Notes: generated from the letters alone by a model not told the origin. Counted from the first letter of the stretch, positions 8,087 through 18,366 are shown. The stretch is DNA of 64,000 bases from Acidobacteriota bacterium (GCA_031361295.1 JANMCN010000036.1:3716-67715), one strand, 5' to 3'. Numbers and translations are program-made.

Positions 8087-9131
8087 CGGCGACCCTGCCG
8101 CGCAGCGGGGGCTCGTCCTGTGGACGATCGCCGTCGCGGCGCTGGCCGTGGTGCTGATCTGGTCTGCGTACCTCGTCCGCGGCGTCCTCCTGCTCATCTA
8201 CGTGAGCGGCCTGCTCGCGGTCGGGTTCAGCCCGATCGTGCGTCTCATCGAGCGGCAGAAGGTCCTGCCGATCGGCACCCGGCGCTTCCCCCGCTGGCTC
8301 GCCATTCTCATCCTCTACCTGTTCATCCTCGGCACCCTCACGGGCATCGGATTCATGATTGTCCCGCCGCTCGTCGACCAGGGGCAGCAGTTGTGGACGG
8401 CGGTGCCCGGCATGTTCGACAAGGCGCAGGAATATCTCATCCACAAGGGGCTCCTGCGGGAGCACCTGACCCTGCGGGAGGCGGTGGCGCGCGCGCCGAA
8501 GACCGGGGGCGGCGAAGCGGTCGGCACGGTCATGAGCGCCGTGGTGGGGGTGGTCGGAGGCCTGTTCGGCCTGCTCACCATGCTGATTCTGACCTTCTAC
8601 ATCCTCGTGGAAGCCGACAACCTGCGGGACGGCATGCTGCGGCTCTTCCGTCGCGGCGACCGCGCGCGCGCCGCGGCCGCGAGCCGGGACATCACCGTCA
8701 AGGTCAGCGCCTGGCTAGGTGGCCAGCTGCTCCTTGGGGGGATTATCGGCGGCTCATCCGCAATCGGCCTGTGGCTGCTTGGCATCCCGTTCTTCTACGT
8801 CCTCGCGCTGATTTCCGGCGTCGGTGAGCTCATCCCGGTCGTCGGGCCCATCCTGGCCGCGATCCCCGCGGTGATCGTGGCGGCGACCGTGTCGACGAAC
8901 AAGGTCATCCTGGTCATCGTGTTCTTCGTCGTGCAGCAACAGCTCGAAAATCACATCCTGGTGCCGAAAATCATGGAACGCCAGGTCGGCGTGAGCGCCG
9001 TAACGGTCATCATCGCCCTGCTGATCGGGGGGAAGCTCCTCGGTATCCCGGGCGCCATCCTGGCCGTCCCGAGCGCCGCCATCCTCCAGGTCCTCTTCAC
9101 CGAATTCGCGGCACAACGCGACAGCGCCTGA
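8043..9131 (+). CDS. AI-2E (PerM/UPF0118) family transporter
   Basis: Polytopic membrane protein with a family-typical C-terminal region (ELIPVVGPILAAIPAVIVA...QQLENHILVPKIM). The start is uncertain: the track start is TTG and overlaps the upstream gene. Confidence 0.8.
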   Translation: MPASRGSSLPSGTPSGDPAAQRGLVLWTIAVAALAVVLIWSAYLVRGVLLLIYVSGLLAVGFSPIVRLIERQKVLPIGTRRFPRWLAILILYLFILGTLTGIGFMIVPPLVDQGQQLWTAVPGMFDKAQEYLIHKGLLREHLTLREAVARAPKTGGGEAVGTVMSAVVGVVGGLFGLLTMLILTFYILVEADNLRDGMLRLFRRGDRARAAAASRDITVKVSAWLGGQLLLGGIIGGSSAIGLWLLGIPFFYVLALISGVGELIPVVGPILAAIPAVIVAATVSTNKVILVIVFFVVQQQLENHILVPKIMERQVGVSAVTVIIALLIGGKLLGIPGAILAVPSAAILQVLFTEFAAQRDSA

Positions 9132-9287
9132 CCCGGCGGGCCCCCGTCCGCTCCTCCTCTCCACCAATCCGCGATGTCCACACCTAGCCCAGCGAGACGC
9201 TGGCATCTGCATTGATGGGTTCGGCGGTACCGGCCGCCTGTCGGGCGAAGTAGGTAGGCGTCGGGCTACTTCGAGGAACGGCGAGAG

Positions 9288-9617
9288 GTGGAAATGGGTA
9301 CCCGCGGTGGTACACGACGGAATCTGTTCGGCGACGTCGCCCTGATCATCTTCCTGCTCGCCCAGGCTTCGGACGGCGTCCTCACCTACATCGGGGTGAG
9401 CATGTACGGCCTGCACGTCGAAGGCAATCCCATCATCGGGTGGCTGATGTCCGCGATGGGCGAGGGGCCGGCGCTGGCTACGGCGAAGCTCGCGGCGGGA
9501 TTTTTCGGGATCGCGCTGCACCTCTCTTCCGTCCACAGGGCGGTCGCCGTGCTGGCGGTGTTCTATGTCGCCGTCGCGGTGGTCCCGTGGGTCGCGATCC
9601 TCTTCTATTTGAGCTGA
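9288..9617 (+). CDS. small membrane protein (DUF5658-like)
   Basis: 109 aa with 3-4 predicted TM helices and an EGNP motif (HVEGNPIIGWLM). Confidence 0.55.
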   Translation: MEMGTRGGTRRNLFGDVALIIFLLAQASDGVLTYIGVSMYGLHVEGNPIIGWLMSAMGEGPALATAKLAAGFFGIALHLSSVHRAVAVLAVFYVAVAVVPWVAILFYLS

Positions 9618-9695
9618 CCCCCTCCTTCTCGACTGCCCGTCGTCGCCGATCCCCGTACGGCCGCCCGATCGGGCCGGAGGTTTATACTCGCCCGT

Positions 9696-10877
9696 ATGCG
9701 CAGAGATCCGCTGACGTACCTCGGCGACGAACTCGACTCACTCAAACAGCAGAACCTGTTCCGGCACCTGCGCGTATTAGAAGACGAGCAGAAGGCGCAC
9801 ACGACGTTCGATCACCGGTCCGTCGTGAATCTGTCGTCGAACAACTATCTCGGCCTGACCACGCATCCGCGGCTCCGGGCCGCAGCACTGGCGGCGATCG
9901 AGCGGTTCGGCGTGGGATCCGGATCGGTGCGCACGATTGCGGGGACGATGGAGCTCCACGTCGAACTGGAGCGCCGGCTTGCCTCCTTCAAGAAGGTCGA
10001 GGCGGTCGTGGTGTTCCAGAGCGGCTTCACCGCCAACGCCGGAACGGTATCCGCCATTCTGACGAAGGACGACGTGGTCATCTCGGACGAGTTGAACCAC
10101 GCGAGCATCATCGACGGGTGCCGATTGAGCCGGGCGGCCGTGAAGGTGTTCCCGCACAAGGATGCGGACGCGGCGCGGCGCATCATCAAGGATCTGCCGG
10201 CCGGACAGCGGCGGCTGCTGATTACCGACGGCGTGTTCAGCATGGACGGCGACCTCGGGCCGCTGCCCGCGCTCTGCGACGTGGCGGAGGACACAGGCTG
10301 CATCATGATGGTCGACGACGCCCACGCAAGCGGTGTGTTCGGAGCGAACGGCCGGGGAACCATCGATCATTTCGGCATGCACGGCCGGGTCGACGTGCAG
10401 GTCGGGACGCTCTCGAAGGCGATTGGCGCGCTCGGCGGGTACGTGGCGGGGAATCGCAACCTGATCGAATTCCTCCAGCATCGCGCCCGTCCCTTCCTGT
10501 TTTCGACGTCGCATCCGCCGTCGGTCACGGCCGCGTGCATCGCCGCGCTCGATGTCCTCATCGAGGAGCCGGAGATCATCGAACGTCTCTGGGCGAACAC
10601 GCGTTTCTTCAAGGCCGGGCTCGAGCGCCTCGGGTTCAACACCGGCCCGAGCGAAAGCCCGATCACCCCCGTCATCGCCGGCGAGAGCGCGACGGCGAAC
10701 GCGCTCTCGGACCGGTTGTTTCAGAACGGCGTGTTCGCGCAGGCCATCGGGTTCCCGACCGTCGCGCGCGACAAGGCGCGCGTGCGCACGATCGTCACCT
10801 CCACGCATACCCGCGAGGATCTCCAGTACGCGCTCGACATGTTCGAGAAGGTCGGCCGCGAGCTGAGCCTGGTCTGA
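9696..10877 (+). CDS. kbl: glycine C-acetyltransferase (2-amino-3-ketobutyrate CoA ligase), alpha-oxoamine synthase family
   Basis: 393 aa. Contains SNNYLGL, GSGSVRTIAGT (Kbl-like rather than BioF-like), SDELNHASIIDG and the TLSKAIG PLP lysine. Confidence 0.7.
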   Translation: MRRDPLTYLGDELDSLKQQNLFRHLRVLEDEQKAHTTFDHRSVVNLSSNNYLGLTTHPRLRAAALAAIERFGVGSGSVRTIAGTMELHVELERRLASFKKVEAVVVFQSGFTANAGTVSAILTKDDVVISDELNHASIIDGCRLSRAAVKVFPHKDADAARRIIKDLPAGQRRLLITDGVFSMDGDLGPLPALCDVAEDTGCIMMVDDAHASGVFGANGRGTIDHFGMHGRVDVQVGTLSKAIGALGGYVAGNRNLIEFLQHRARPFLFSTSHPPSVTAACIAALDVLIEEPEIIERLWANTRFFKAGLERLGFNTGPSESPITPVIAGESATANALSDRLFQNGVFAQAIGFPTVARDKARVRTIVTSTHTREDLQYALDMFEKVGRELSLV

Positions 10878-10925
10878 CGTGCCCCCAGCTGCCCGCCGCA
10901 CCACCCGGCCGCCGGACCGCCGCTC

Positions 10926-12152
10926 GTGAAAGCGTCCCGATCGGATCGCGCGCGCGCGCTCTTCGACATCTACACGCGCGATCTGTCGCGGGAGGACCTG
11001 CAGCGCCTGTTCACGCACGACACGCTCGATGCGTATCGGTTCTTCGCGCGGGGCCTGGACGAGGAGCAGTTCGCGGCGCTTCCACCCTGGCAGCGCGTGC
11101 CGCACCGGATCCGGCAGATCTTCGTCGCCTTCACGCTGAAGCTGCCGCCGGCGCGGCGCGCCCTGTACGTGGTGGCACTCCTTGTCGCGCTGCTCGGGAT
11201 CATCCAGCTCTTCAGGGGATTCGCCGCAGTGGCGATTCCGCTCGGACTCCCGTTCATCCAGGTCGCCGTGCTGACGCCGGTCTGGGCCGACGGGACCTTC
11301 GCGCTGATCGTCAGCCTGTTCCTCGTCAACCTGCTCGTGCTCCTCGAAGTCGCCGACCGTCTCTCGCTCAAAGGCGAGCTGGAGGTTGCTCGCGAGATCC
11401 AGCTGGCCATGCTTCCGAGTGGAACATACCGGGCGGCGGACATCGAGATTTGCGGCGTGACACGCCCCGCGAACACCGTCGGGGGGGATTTCTACGACGT
11501 GCTGCCGCTTCGCGACGGGCGGGTGATCGTCACGCTCGGAGACGTGGCCGGCAAAGGCAGCCCGGCGGCGTTGCTGATGGCCCTGCTGCTCGCGGTGCTC
11601 CGGACGCTCGTGGACGAGGAGCTCGAGGCGTCCGCGCTCGCTGAACGCCTGAACGTGCAGATCTGCCGGCACAGCCCGTCGTCGCGTTTCATCACGCTGT
11701 TCTACGGTGTCTACGCGCCAGCCACGGGATCGCTCACATATGTCAACGCGGGACACATGCCGCCGCTCATTCGCCGGCAGGACGGCCGGTACGATCGCCT
11801 GGGCGGCACCGGTGTCGCACTCGGCATGTTCGACGGATCCGTCTTTGGCGCGGTCGAGACGACGATCGGGCCTGGAGAGGCGCTGGTGCTGTACAGCGAC
11901 GGGATTACCGAGGCGGAGAACCCGTCGGGGCACCCGTTCGAGGAGGCCGGGCTCGAAATGGTCGTCGAGCGCCACGCGACCGCGCCGCCAGCGGAAATCG
12001 GCACACGCGTCCTGGCGGCGGTCGCGGAGCACGCCCGGGACTCCCGCTTCACGGACGATCTCACGATTCTCGTCCTCAAGCGCGCGGACCCGTCCGCCGC
12101 GGTGTCTTCATCGGTTGCACCCGCACACCCGGACGTGACCGAATACCGCTAG
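10926..12152 (+). CDS. membrane-anchored PP2C/SpoIIE-family protein phosphatase
   Basis: N-terminal TM helices followed by a SpoIIE domain (GGDFYDV, GDVAGKG, LYSDGITEA, DDLTILV). Confidence 0.8.
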   Translation: MKASRSDRARALFDIYTRDLSREDLQRLFTHDTLDAYRFFARGLDEEQFAALPPWQRVPHRIRQIFVAFTLKLPPARRALYVVALLVALLGIIQLFRGFAAVAIPLGLPFIQVAVLTPVWADGTFALIVSLFLVNLLVLLEVADRLSLKGELEVAREIQLAMLPSGTYRAADIEICGVTRPANTVGGDFYDVLPLRDGRVIVTLGDVAGKGSPAALLMALLLAVLRTLVDEELEASALAERLNVQICRHSPSSRFITLFYGVYAPATGSLTYVNAGHMPPLIRRQDGRYDRLGGTGVALGMFDGSVFGAVETTIGPGEALVLYSDGITEAENPSGHPFEEAGLEMVVERHATAPPAEIGTRVLAAVAEHARDSRFTDDLTILVLKRADPSAAVSSSVAPAHPDVTEYR

Positions 12153-12219
12153 CGGCTTCCGGTGGACGACGGCGTTCACACCCAACCTGCCGACGCGAGG
12201 TCTAAGATGGAGGCTCCGC

Positions 12220-14853
12220 ATGCCTGGACCCCGTCGTTCCGCCGCGCGCTGGCTCCTGCTGCTCCTCGTCGGCTTCTGTCGGGCGGACATCGCGGCCCGG
12301 CAGCCGGCGACGCGGGACGGGATTGCCCCGCTCGTTCGGCAGCTCGAGCACGCGGCCGCAGCCGCCGATGCCCCGGGCATCCTGGCGCTGGGGGCCGCGT
12401 CAATCAGCCGTCCGAGCTTCGAGGAATTCGCACGGTCGATCACCACGCCGGCCCCGACCCGGCTCCTCCTGACCGAGCGCGATCGTGCACCTCTCGAAGG
12501 CGGCGGACAGCGCCTGATTGTCGAAGTGTTCAGCGAGCACGGCATCGAAGCGCGCCTGGGCACCTGGCGCGTCGACGTCCGGCCCGGCGCCGCGGCAGCG
12601 GACGCGTGGCACATCGCCGCCGTCAGCCGGCTGTCCATCGTCACCGGGCTGTACCGCCTGTCGCTCAACCCCGCCAAACAGTACGAGATTCACAACCTCA
12701 CGGTGCACGCGCCCGACCTCGTCGTCGAAATGACGTCCGGACGCGCATTCGTCGCAGAAACCAGTGAAGGGCCGACCGCGCTCGTGCTGCTCGGGCGTGG
12801 ACGCATGCAGTTCACCCCGCCGGATCCCGCCGAGCGCACGCAGATCAAGATTTTCGGAGGAGCCGAATCGCTCGCGGTCGATATCGACACCGCGTTCATC
12901 CGGCTCTATCCCGGTGAGTTCGCTTCACGCGTGGATGGAGGGGCGCTCCGTCCCTGCGCGGTGGACCCGGCCAACCTCCGCGCCGCGACGGCGATCTTCA
13001 ACGCGCACGTCGGCCAGTCGCTGCAGGTGGACCTGAGCGATCTGAGCCACGATCGCTGGTCGCTTCTGCCTTCCCCGGGCGATTTCATCGGAGAACTGCA
13101 TTCCAGGAAGTACGGCACCCTCACGTATACGCGGTCGGGCAGCGAAGCGGAAGACATCACGTTGTTCGATCGCAAGCAGCGCCGCAACATTTCCGTCTAC
13201 GCGTCGCCGGAAAAACTCGCACGCCGGGGCCGCTCGTTCAGTGAAGACAGCACCCTCGACTACGACGTCCTCGCGTATGACATCGACGCGGAGTTCATTC
13301 CCGAGCGCGGCACGGTGGAGGGGCGCGCGACAATCACGCTCCGGATGCTGGCGGAGAGCGCCTCCCTGACCTTCCGCCTGGCCGACACGTTGTCGGTTCG
13401 AGGCATCTATTCCCCCGCGTACGGCCGTCTCCTGCATCTGCGGGTGGTCGGGCAGAACAGCGTGATCGTGAACCTGCCGGCGGTGCTGAAGCCGGGGACC
13501 GAGCTCTCGTTGAGCGTCGTGTACGGCGGACGAATCGCTCCGCAGGTGTTCGATCGGGAAGCCATCCAGGCCGGCGCGGACACGCACGAACCCGTCGTCG
13601 TGCCGATCGAGCAGCGGTGGCTCTTCAGCAACCGGAGCTACTGGTATCCGCAATCGACGGTCACCGACTATGCCAGCGCACGGCTGAGGATCACCGTTCC
13701 GAGCGACTACGAGGTGGTGGCAACGGGAGATCCCCTGGCCGTGCCGGCGCTGCCGGGAGGCCTCCCCGGCGTGGAGACGTCGAAGCGCCGCAAGTCGTTC
13801 GTGTTCGAGGCCCGTGAGCCGTGCCGGTACCTGGCGCTCGTCATCAGCCGGCTCGACCCGATCACCACGTCACGCATAGTGGCGGGCGGGCGCAGTGTCG
13901 TGCTGTATGTCCGGAGCAGCCCACGGCAGGAGGGGCGCGTCCGCGACCTGGCCCAGAAGGCTGCCGGGGTGTTCACGTTCTACGCGTCTCTCGTCGGCGA
14001 CGCACCCTACCCGAGCTTCACGCTGGCCGCCATCGAAAGCGATCGGCCCGGCGGCCACAGCCCGCCGTATTTTGCGCTGCTCAACCAGGTGGTCGTCGGG
14101 TCCACGTTCGTGTGGCGGAGCGATCCCGTCAGCTTCGACAATTACCCGACCTTCTTCCTTGCTCATGAACTGGCGCACCAGTGGTGGGGCCACGCAGTGG
14201 GCTGGAAGAATTACCACGAGCAGTGGATCAGCGAAGGCTTTGCCCAGTACTTCGCCGCGCTCTATGCCGAGAGGGATCTCGACCCTGGCGTGCTGACCAA
14301 CGTGCTGCGGCAGATGCGACGGACCGCGATCGCCGCCTCGAACCAGGGCCCGGTGTACCTCGGCTACCGCCTGGGACATATCCGTGCCGACGAGCGCGTG
14401 TTCCGTTCGATTATTTACAACAAGGCCGCCATGGTCCTCCACATGCTCCGCCGGTTCGTGGGCGACGAGGCTTTTTTCGCGGGCCTGCGCAGGTTCTACG
14501 AGGACTGGAAGTTCAAGAAGGCGGGCACCGACGACTTCCGGGCCGCGATGGAGAAGGCCAGCGGTCGCGATCTGAACCGTTTCTTCGAGACCTGGATCTA
14601 CGGGACGGCCATCCCGAAAGTGAAATTCAGCGCGCACACGAACGCCGGCTCCGCGCTGATCCGGTTCGAGCAGCACGGAGAGCCGGTCGATGTGCCGATC
14701 ACGGTCACCATCGACTATCAGGCCGGCGCGCCCGACCAGGTCGTCGTCGCGCTGGCCGACAGGATTACCGAACGGACGCTGCCGCTCCGGGGGGCCGTCC
14801 GTTCCATCACGGCGAACGCCGACAACGGCGCGCTGGTCGAGATTCTGAAGTGA
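12220..14853 (+). CDS. secreted M1-family zinc metallopeptidase (aminopeptidase N-like)
   Basis: Signal peptide, then HELAHQWWG...WISEGFAQYF (HExxH-X18-E). Confidence 0.85.
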   Translation: MPGPRRSAARWLLLLLVGFCRADIAARQPATRDGIAPLVRQLEHAAAAADAPGILALGAASISRPSFEEFARSITTPAPTRLLLTERDRAPLEGGGQRLIVEVFSEHGIEARLGTWRVDVRPGAAAADAWHIAAVSRLSIVTGLYRLSLNPAKQYEIHNLTVHAPDLVVEMTSGRAFVAETSEGPTALVLLGRGRMQFTPPDPAERTQIKIFGGAESLAVDIDTAFIRLYPGEFASRVDGGALRPCAVDPANLRAATAIFNAHVGQSLQVDLSDLSHDRWSLLPSPGDFIGELHSRKYGTLTYTRSGSEAEDITLFDRKQRRNISVYASPEKLARRGRSFSEDSTLDYDVLAYDIDAEFIPERGTVEGRATITLRMLAESASLTFRLADTLSVRGIYSPAYGRLLHLRVVGQNSVIVNLPAVLKPGTELSLSVVYGGRIAPQVFDREAIQAGADTHEPVVVPIEQRWLFSNRSYWYPQSTVTDYASARLRITVPSDYEVVATGDPLAVPALPGGLPGVETSKRRKSFVFEAREPCRYLALVISRLDPITTSRIVAGGRSVVLYVRSSPRQEGRVRDLAQKAAGVFTFYASLVGDAPYPSFTLAAIESDRPGGHSPPYFALLNQVVVGSTFVWRSDPVSFDNYPTFFLAHELAHQWWGHAVGWKNYHEQWISEGFAQYFAALYAERDLDPGVLTNVLRQMRRTAIAASNQGPVYLGYRLGHIRADERVFRSIIYNKAAMVLHMLRRFVGDEAFFAGLRRFYEDWKFKKAGTDDFRAAMEKASGRDLNRFFETWIYGTAIPKVKFSAHTNAGSALIRFEQHGEPVDVPITVTIDYQAGAPDQVVVALADRITERTLPLRGAVRSITANADNGALVEILK

Positions 14854-14953
14854 CGGGAATTGCGGATTCCAGAGTCTTCGCGTTTTGACCGAAAACATCG
14901 AACCAGACCGGAAATTCGAACCCCAAATCCTAAAACTTATACAATTGGATCTT

Positions 14954-16750
14954 ATGGACACCGTCAATGTGACGATAGACGGCCGGCAGGTCGCGGTCGA
15001 GAAGGGCAAGACCGTTCTCCAGGCGGCCATCGAGAGCGGCATCAGGATTCCCTATTACTGTTACCACCCCGGCCTCGGCATTGACGGCTCCTGCCGTGTT
15101 TGTATCGTCAAGATCGAGAAGATGCCGAAGCTGCAGACGTCGTGCTCGACGACCGTGGCCGAGGGGATGGTCGTCTCCACCGGGACGCCCGACGTCGTCG
15201 AGGCGCGCGCCAGCGTGTTCGAGTTCCTGCTGATCAATCACCCGCTCGACTGCCCGGTGTGCGACAAGGGCGGCGAGTGTCCGCTGCAGGATTTCTCCTA
15301 CAGCTTCGGACCGAACGAGAGCCGGATGGAGTTTCCGCGGCGGGTATTCGACGGCGAAGGGGTGCGCGCCGACGTGGACTTCGGACCCACGCTGATGCTG
15401 AACCGGAACCGGTGCATCCTCTGCACGCGGTGCGTCCGGTTCATGCGAGAGGTCGACACCGACGCGCAGATCACCATTGCGGACCGCGGGTACGGCAGCG
15501 AAATCGCCACATTCCAGGAGGAGGGCGTCCACTCGCTGCTGTCGGGCAACCTGATGGATGTCTGCCCGGTGGGAGCAATCACGACCCGCGATTATCGCTT
15601 CAAGTCGCGCCCATGGGACAACCCCGAGGCCGTTGACACGATCTGCACGCTCTGTGAGAAGGGCTGCAATACCACCGCGTGGATCAAGGCTAAGCCGGAA
15701 TGGGCCAAGGGCGCGCAGCTCATCCGGACCACGCCGCGTTTCAACCCGGACGTGAACGACTACTGGATGTGCGACATCGGCCGGTTCGATTACCGGTGGA
15801 TCGAAGGAGATGAGCGGCTCCAGCGTCCGTTGCTGCGGACCGACGCGGGCGTGCTCGAACCCTCCGACTGGACCAGCGCGCTCTCGAAAATGGCGGCCCG
15901 GATCACGGCGGCGGGCGGGCCCTCCGCCCTCAGGTTCCTCGTGTCCGCCCACGCGTCGCTCGAGGAGCTGTACCTCATCGGCCGGCTCGGTGGCGCCTTC
16001 GGTCTTCCGGAGAACGGCGTGGCGATCAGCTGGCGGTACCGTGAGAAACCCCAGCCGCCGCGCGCGAAGTTCAAGATTTCCCCCGTCGATGCGCCGAACG
16101 TGAACGGGGCGCGGGACCTCGGATTCCCCGTCAAGGCGTCCGCGAAGGGCGAAGCGGACATCGCCGCGTTCCGCGAGGACGTGGAAGCTGGACGCGTGCA
16201 GGCGCTGCACGTCTTCGATCCCGGCCCGGACGGCTACATGGGCGATGTGTCGTGGGTCATCGAAGCGCGGCGCAGCGGGAAGCTGCCGCTGCTCATCGTC
16301 CAGGGCGTGCTGATGACCGCCCTGGCGCAGGCTGCCGACGTCGTGCTTCCCGGGGCCGCGTGGGTGGAAAAGGACGGCGCCTACGTGAATGAGCAGGGCC
16401 GCCTTCAGGCGGGCGCCCGGGTGATCGGTCCGCCGGCCGATGCACAGGAAGACTGGCAGGTGTTCGTGAACATCGGGCTCGCACTCGGTGCAGGGCTCAC
16501 TTACACGAGCAGCGCGGCCGTCCGCAGCGACCTTGCGACGGCGATGGCCGACAACGAGCGCTATGCGGCGCTGGCCCAGCTCGCGTTCGCCCGGCCGGTC
16601 TCGGCGAAGCACTGGCTGCAGGCCTCGAATCCCTCAGAGCGATGGAAGTGGGACGTCATGTTCCAGGATCTGCCTCCGGTGAAGTTCGCAGCGAAGCCGG
16701 TGCCGACCTCCTGGTTCAACGGCCTGCCGGTCACCACGAAAACCGAGTAA
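14954..16750 (+). CDS. NuoG-like NADH dehydrogenase 75-kDa subunit homolog (2Fe-2S + 4Fe-4S + molybdopterin-oxidoreductase-like domain), orphan
   Basis: Start set to MDTVNVTIDGRQV. Cys clusters present: CYHPGLGIDGSCRVC; HPLDCPVCDKGGEC; CILCTRCVRF. No other nuo genes are nearby. Confidence 0.8.
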   Translation: MDTVNVTIDGRQVAVEKGKTVLQAAIESGIRIPYYCYHPGLGIDGSCRVCIVKIEKMPKLQTSCSTTVAEGMVVSTGTPDVVEARASVFEFLLINHPLDCPVCDKGGECPLQDFSYSFGPNESRMEFPRRVFDGEGVRADVDFGPTLMLNRNRCILCTRCVRFMREVDTDAQITIADRGYGSEIATFQEEGVHSLLSGNLMDVCPVGAITTRDYRFKSRPWDNPEAVDTICTLCEKGCNTTAWIKAKPEWAKGAQLIRTTPRFNPDVNDYWMCDIGRFDYRWIEGDERLQRPLLRTDAGVLEPSDWTSALSKMAARITAAGGPSALRFLVSAHASLEELYLIGRLGGAFGLPENGVAISWRYREKPQPPRAKFKISPVDAPNVNGARDLGFPVKASAKGEADIAAFREDVEAGRVQALHVFDPGPDGYMGDVSWVIEARRSGKLPLLIVQGVLMTALAQAADVVLPGAAWVEKDGAYVNEQGRLQAGARVIGPPADAQEDWQVFVNIGLALGAGLTYTSSAAVRSDLATAMADNERYAALAQLAFARPVSAKHWLQASNPSERWKWDVMFQDLPPVKFAAKPVPTSWFNGLPVTTKTE

Positions 16751-16801
16751 ACCGTCGCGGGTCCGCTCGGCGGCTTGCGGGTGAGTCCCGGGTTTCGAGC
16801 G

Positions 16802-17458
16802 CTATTCGACCACGTTGATCAAGTCGACTATGGCGGTATGCCCTTTCGCGGCGGCTCGTGACAGGGGTGTCCGGTCCTCGGCATCGACCACGTGCGCGTC
16901 GGCGCCCCGTGCGAACAGCGCCCGTGCGACGGGTACATACCCCGCTTCGGCCGCGATATGGAAGGGTGTGTGGCCTCCCGCGTCGGCGACGTTCACCTCG
17001 GCGGCAGCCTCGATGAGCCGCAGCGACACGTCGACGTGCCCTCCGGCGACGGCGGCGTGGAGCGGGGTGTTGCGAAGCGCGTTGCGGGAGACGACGTTCA
17101 GGTCGGCTCCGGCGGCCATCAACCGTTCCACAGCCGCCTTCCGGCCGAAGAAGGCGGCGAGGTGCAGCGGCGTCCACCCGTCGTAGGAATAGGTATTGAT
17201 CCCTGCGGCGGGCGGCGCCAGGAACGGCTCGAGGGTGTCCATCTGTCCGAGCGCGGCGGCCGCGAAGATGTCGAGCGGCGCCCCCGCCGCGACGAGCCAG
17301 TCGGCCGCCGCCGCCTGCTTGTGGTACAGCGCGGCCATCAGCGGCGTTTCACCTGAGGCGGCCCGAACGGCGATCAGGCCCGGGTCCGCGGCCAGGAGAC
17401 GTTGCAGTGCCGCGACGTCGCCGCTCCTGGCGGCGTTGAGAAACTCGTCTGTCTTCAT
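16802..17458 (-). CDS. ankyrin-repeat protein
   Basis: Repeated G.TPLH.AA..G motifs. Its ATG overlaps the stop of the upstream kinase gene (ATGA). Confidence 0.85.
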   Translation of the reverse strand: MKTDEFLNAARSGDVAALQRLLAADPGLIAVRAASGETPLMAALYHKQAAAADWLVAAGAPLDIFAAAALGQMDTLEPFLAPPAAGINTYSYDGWTPLHLAAFFGRKAAVERLMAAGADLNVVSRNALRNTPLHAAVAGGHVDVSLRLIEAAAEVNVADAGGHTPFHIAAEAGYVPVARALFARGADAHVVDAEDRTPLSRAAAKGHTAIVDLINVVE

Positions 17459-18366
17459 TTCGAGAGTCTTTCTGCGGCCTGCGCGGTCCGCACTTTCAGC
17501 GCGCCAGGAAGAATCCGCACGTCGACGCGTCCTTCCGCGACACCCGGTTCACCGTCCACGTGGAACTCGATCGGTCCCTCTGCGTCGATCGACGCGCACG
17601 TCACGCGGACCGTGCGCACTCTCGGCGCACGGTGCGCGGTGCCGGTCACGAGGTGCCGGGCGTGCCAGAAGCGGGCCATGACCGAACGTTCCTCGACGAT
17701 CGTGGCGTCCAGCAGGCCGTCGTCCAGCTCGGCGCCAGGCGCGATGCGGGCACCCAGCCCGTACTCGCGGCCGTTCGCGAACGCAATGAGCAGGGCACGA
17801 ACCGCGCACGGATCACCGTCGAGGTGCAGGCGATAGTCGACCGCACCGTAGCGCCACCCTTCGCGGACGCCCAGAAGGAGGTACGGCCACGCGCCGCGCT
17901 TCCCGGCGGGGCGGAGATTGAAGTGGCGGGCCACGCGCGCGTCGAATCCCACGCCGGCGATGTTGAAGAAGGGGCGCCCTGCCATGGTGCCGGCGTCGAT
18001 GGTGCGCGTTCGCCCATCCAGGGCCTCAGCGAGGGCGGCACGCGGATCATGCGGTACACCAAGCGCGCCGGCGAGCCCGTTCCCTGAACCGGCGCGAACG
18101 AGCCCGATCGCGGTATCCGAGTGCAGCACTCCACTGCCCGCTTCGTTCATGGTGCCGTCACCTCCCCAGACGATGACGAGCGGCGCTCCGGCGGCGGCGC
18201 TCGCCGCGGCGAGATCGCGCGCGTGACCGACGCGCTCGGTCACGTGAATCGCCGCGCGCAGACCCCGACGCTCCAGCTCGCTCCTCACGAGCGCGATGCG
18301 ACGCGCACCGGCGGCAGCATCCGCGCCGGCGCCCGAAATCGGATTGATGATCGCGACGATCGACAT
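17455..18366 (-). CDS. diacylglycerol/lipid kinase family protein (YegS/BmrU-like)
   Basis: Start set to MSIVAIINPISGAG. Contains the GGDGT motif (VIVWGGDGTMNE) and GSGNGLA. Confidence 0.85.
   Translation of the reverse strand: MSIVAIINPISGAGADAAAGARRIALVRSELERRGLRAAIHVTERVGHARDLAAASAAAGAPLVIVWGGDGTMNEAGSGVLHSDTAIGLVRAGSGNGLAGALGVPHDPRAALAEALDGRTRTIDAGTMAGRPFFNIAGVGFDARVARHFNLRPAGKRGAWPYLLLGVREGWRYGAVDYRLHLDGDPCAVRALLIAFANGREYGLGARIAPGAELDDGLLDATIVEERSVMARFWHARHLVTGTAHRAPRVRTVRVTCASIDAEGPIEFHVDGEPGVAEGRVDVRILPGALKVRTAQAAERLSK

Noticed and set aside
9440-12032. Very long ORFs 9440..11644 (+, 734 aa) and 9777..12032 (-, 751 aa)
   Set aside because: Both have Arg/Gly/Pro/His-rich, low-complexity composition. 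They are fully overlapped by recognisable genes in another frame (kbl, SpoIIE phosphatase). This is a typical GC-rich off-frame or antisense artefact.
17555-17566. parS-like core TCCACGTGGAAC inside the lipid-kinase gene
   Set aside because: The outer positions do not match the 16-bp consensus (CCGTCCAC vs TGTTCCAC). It is probably a chance CACGTG-centred palindrome in coding DNA.
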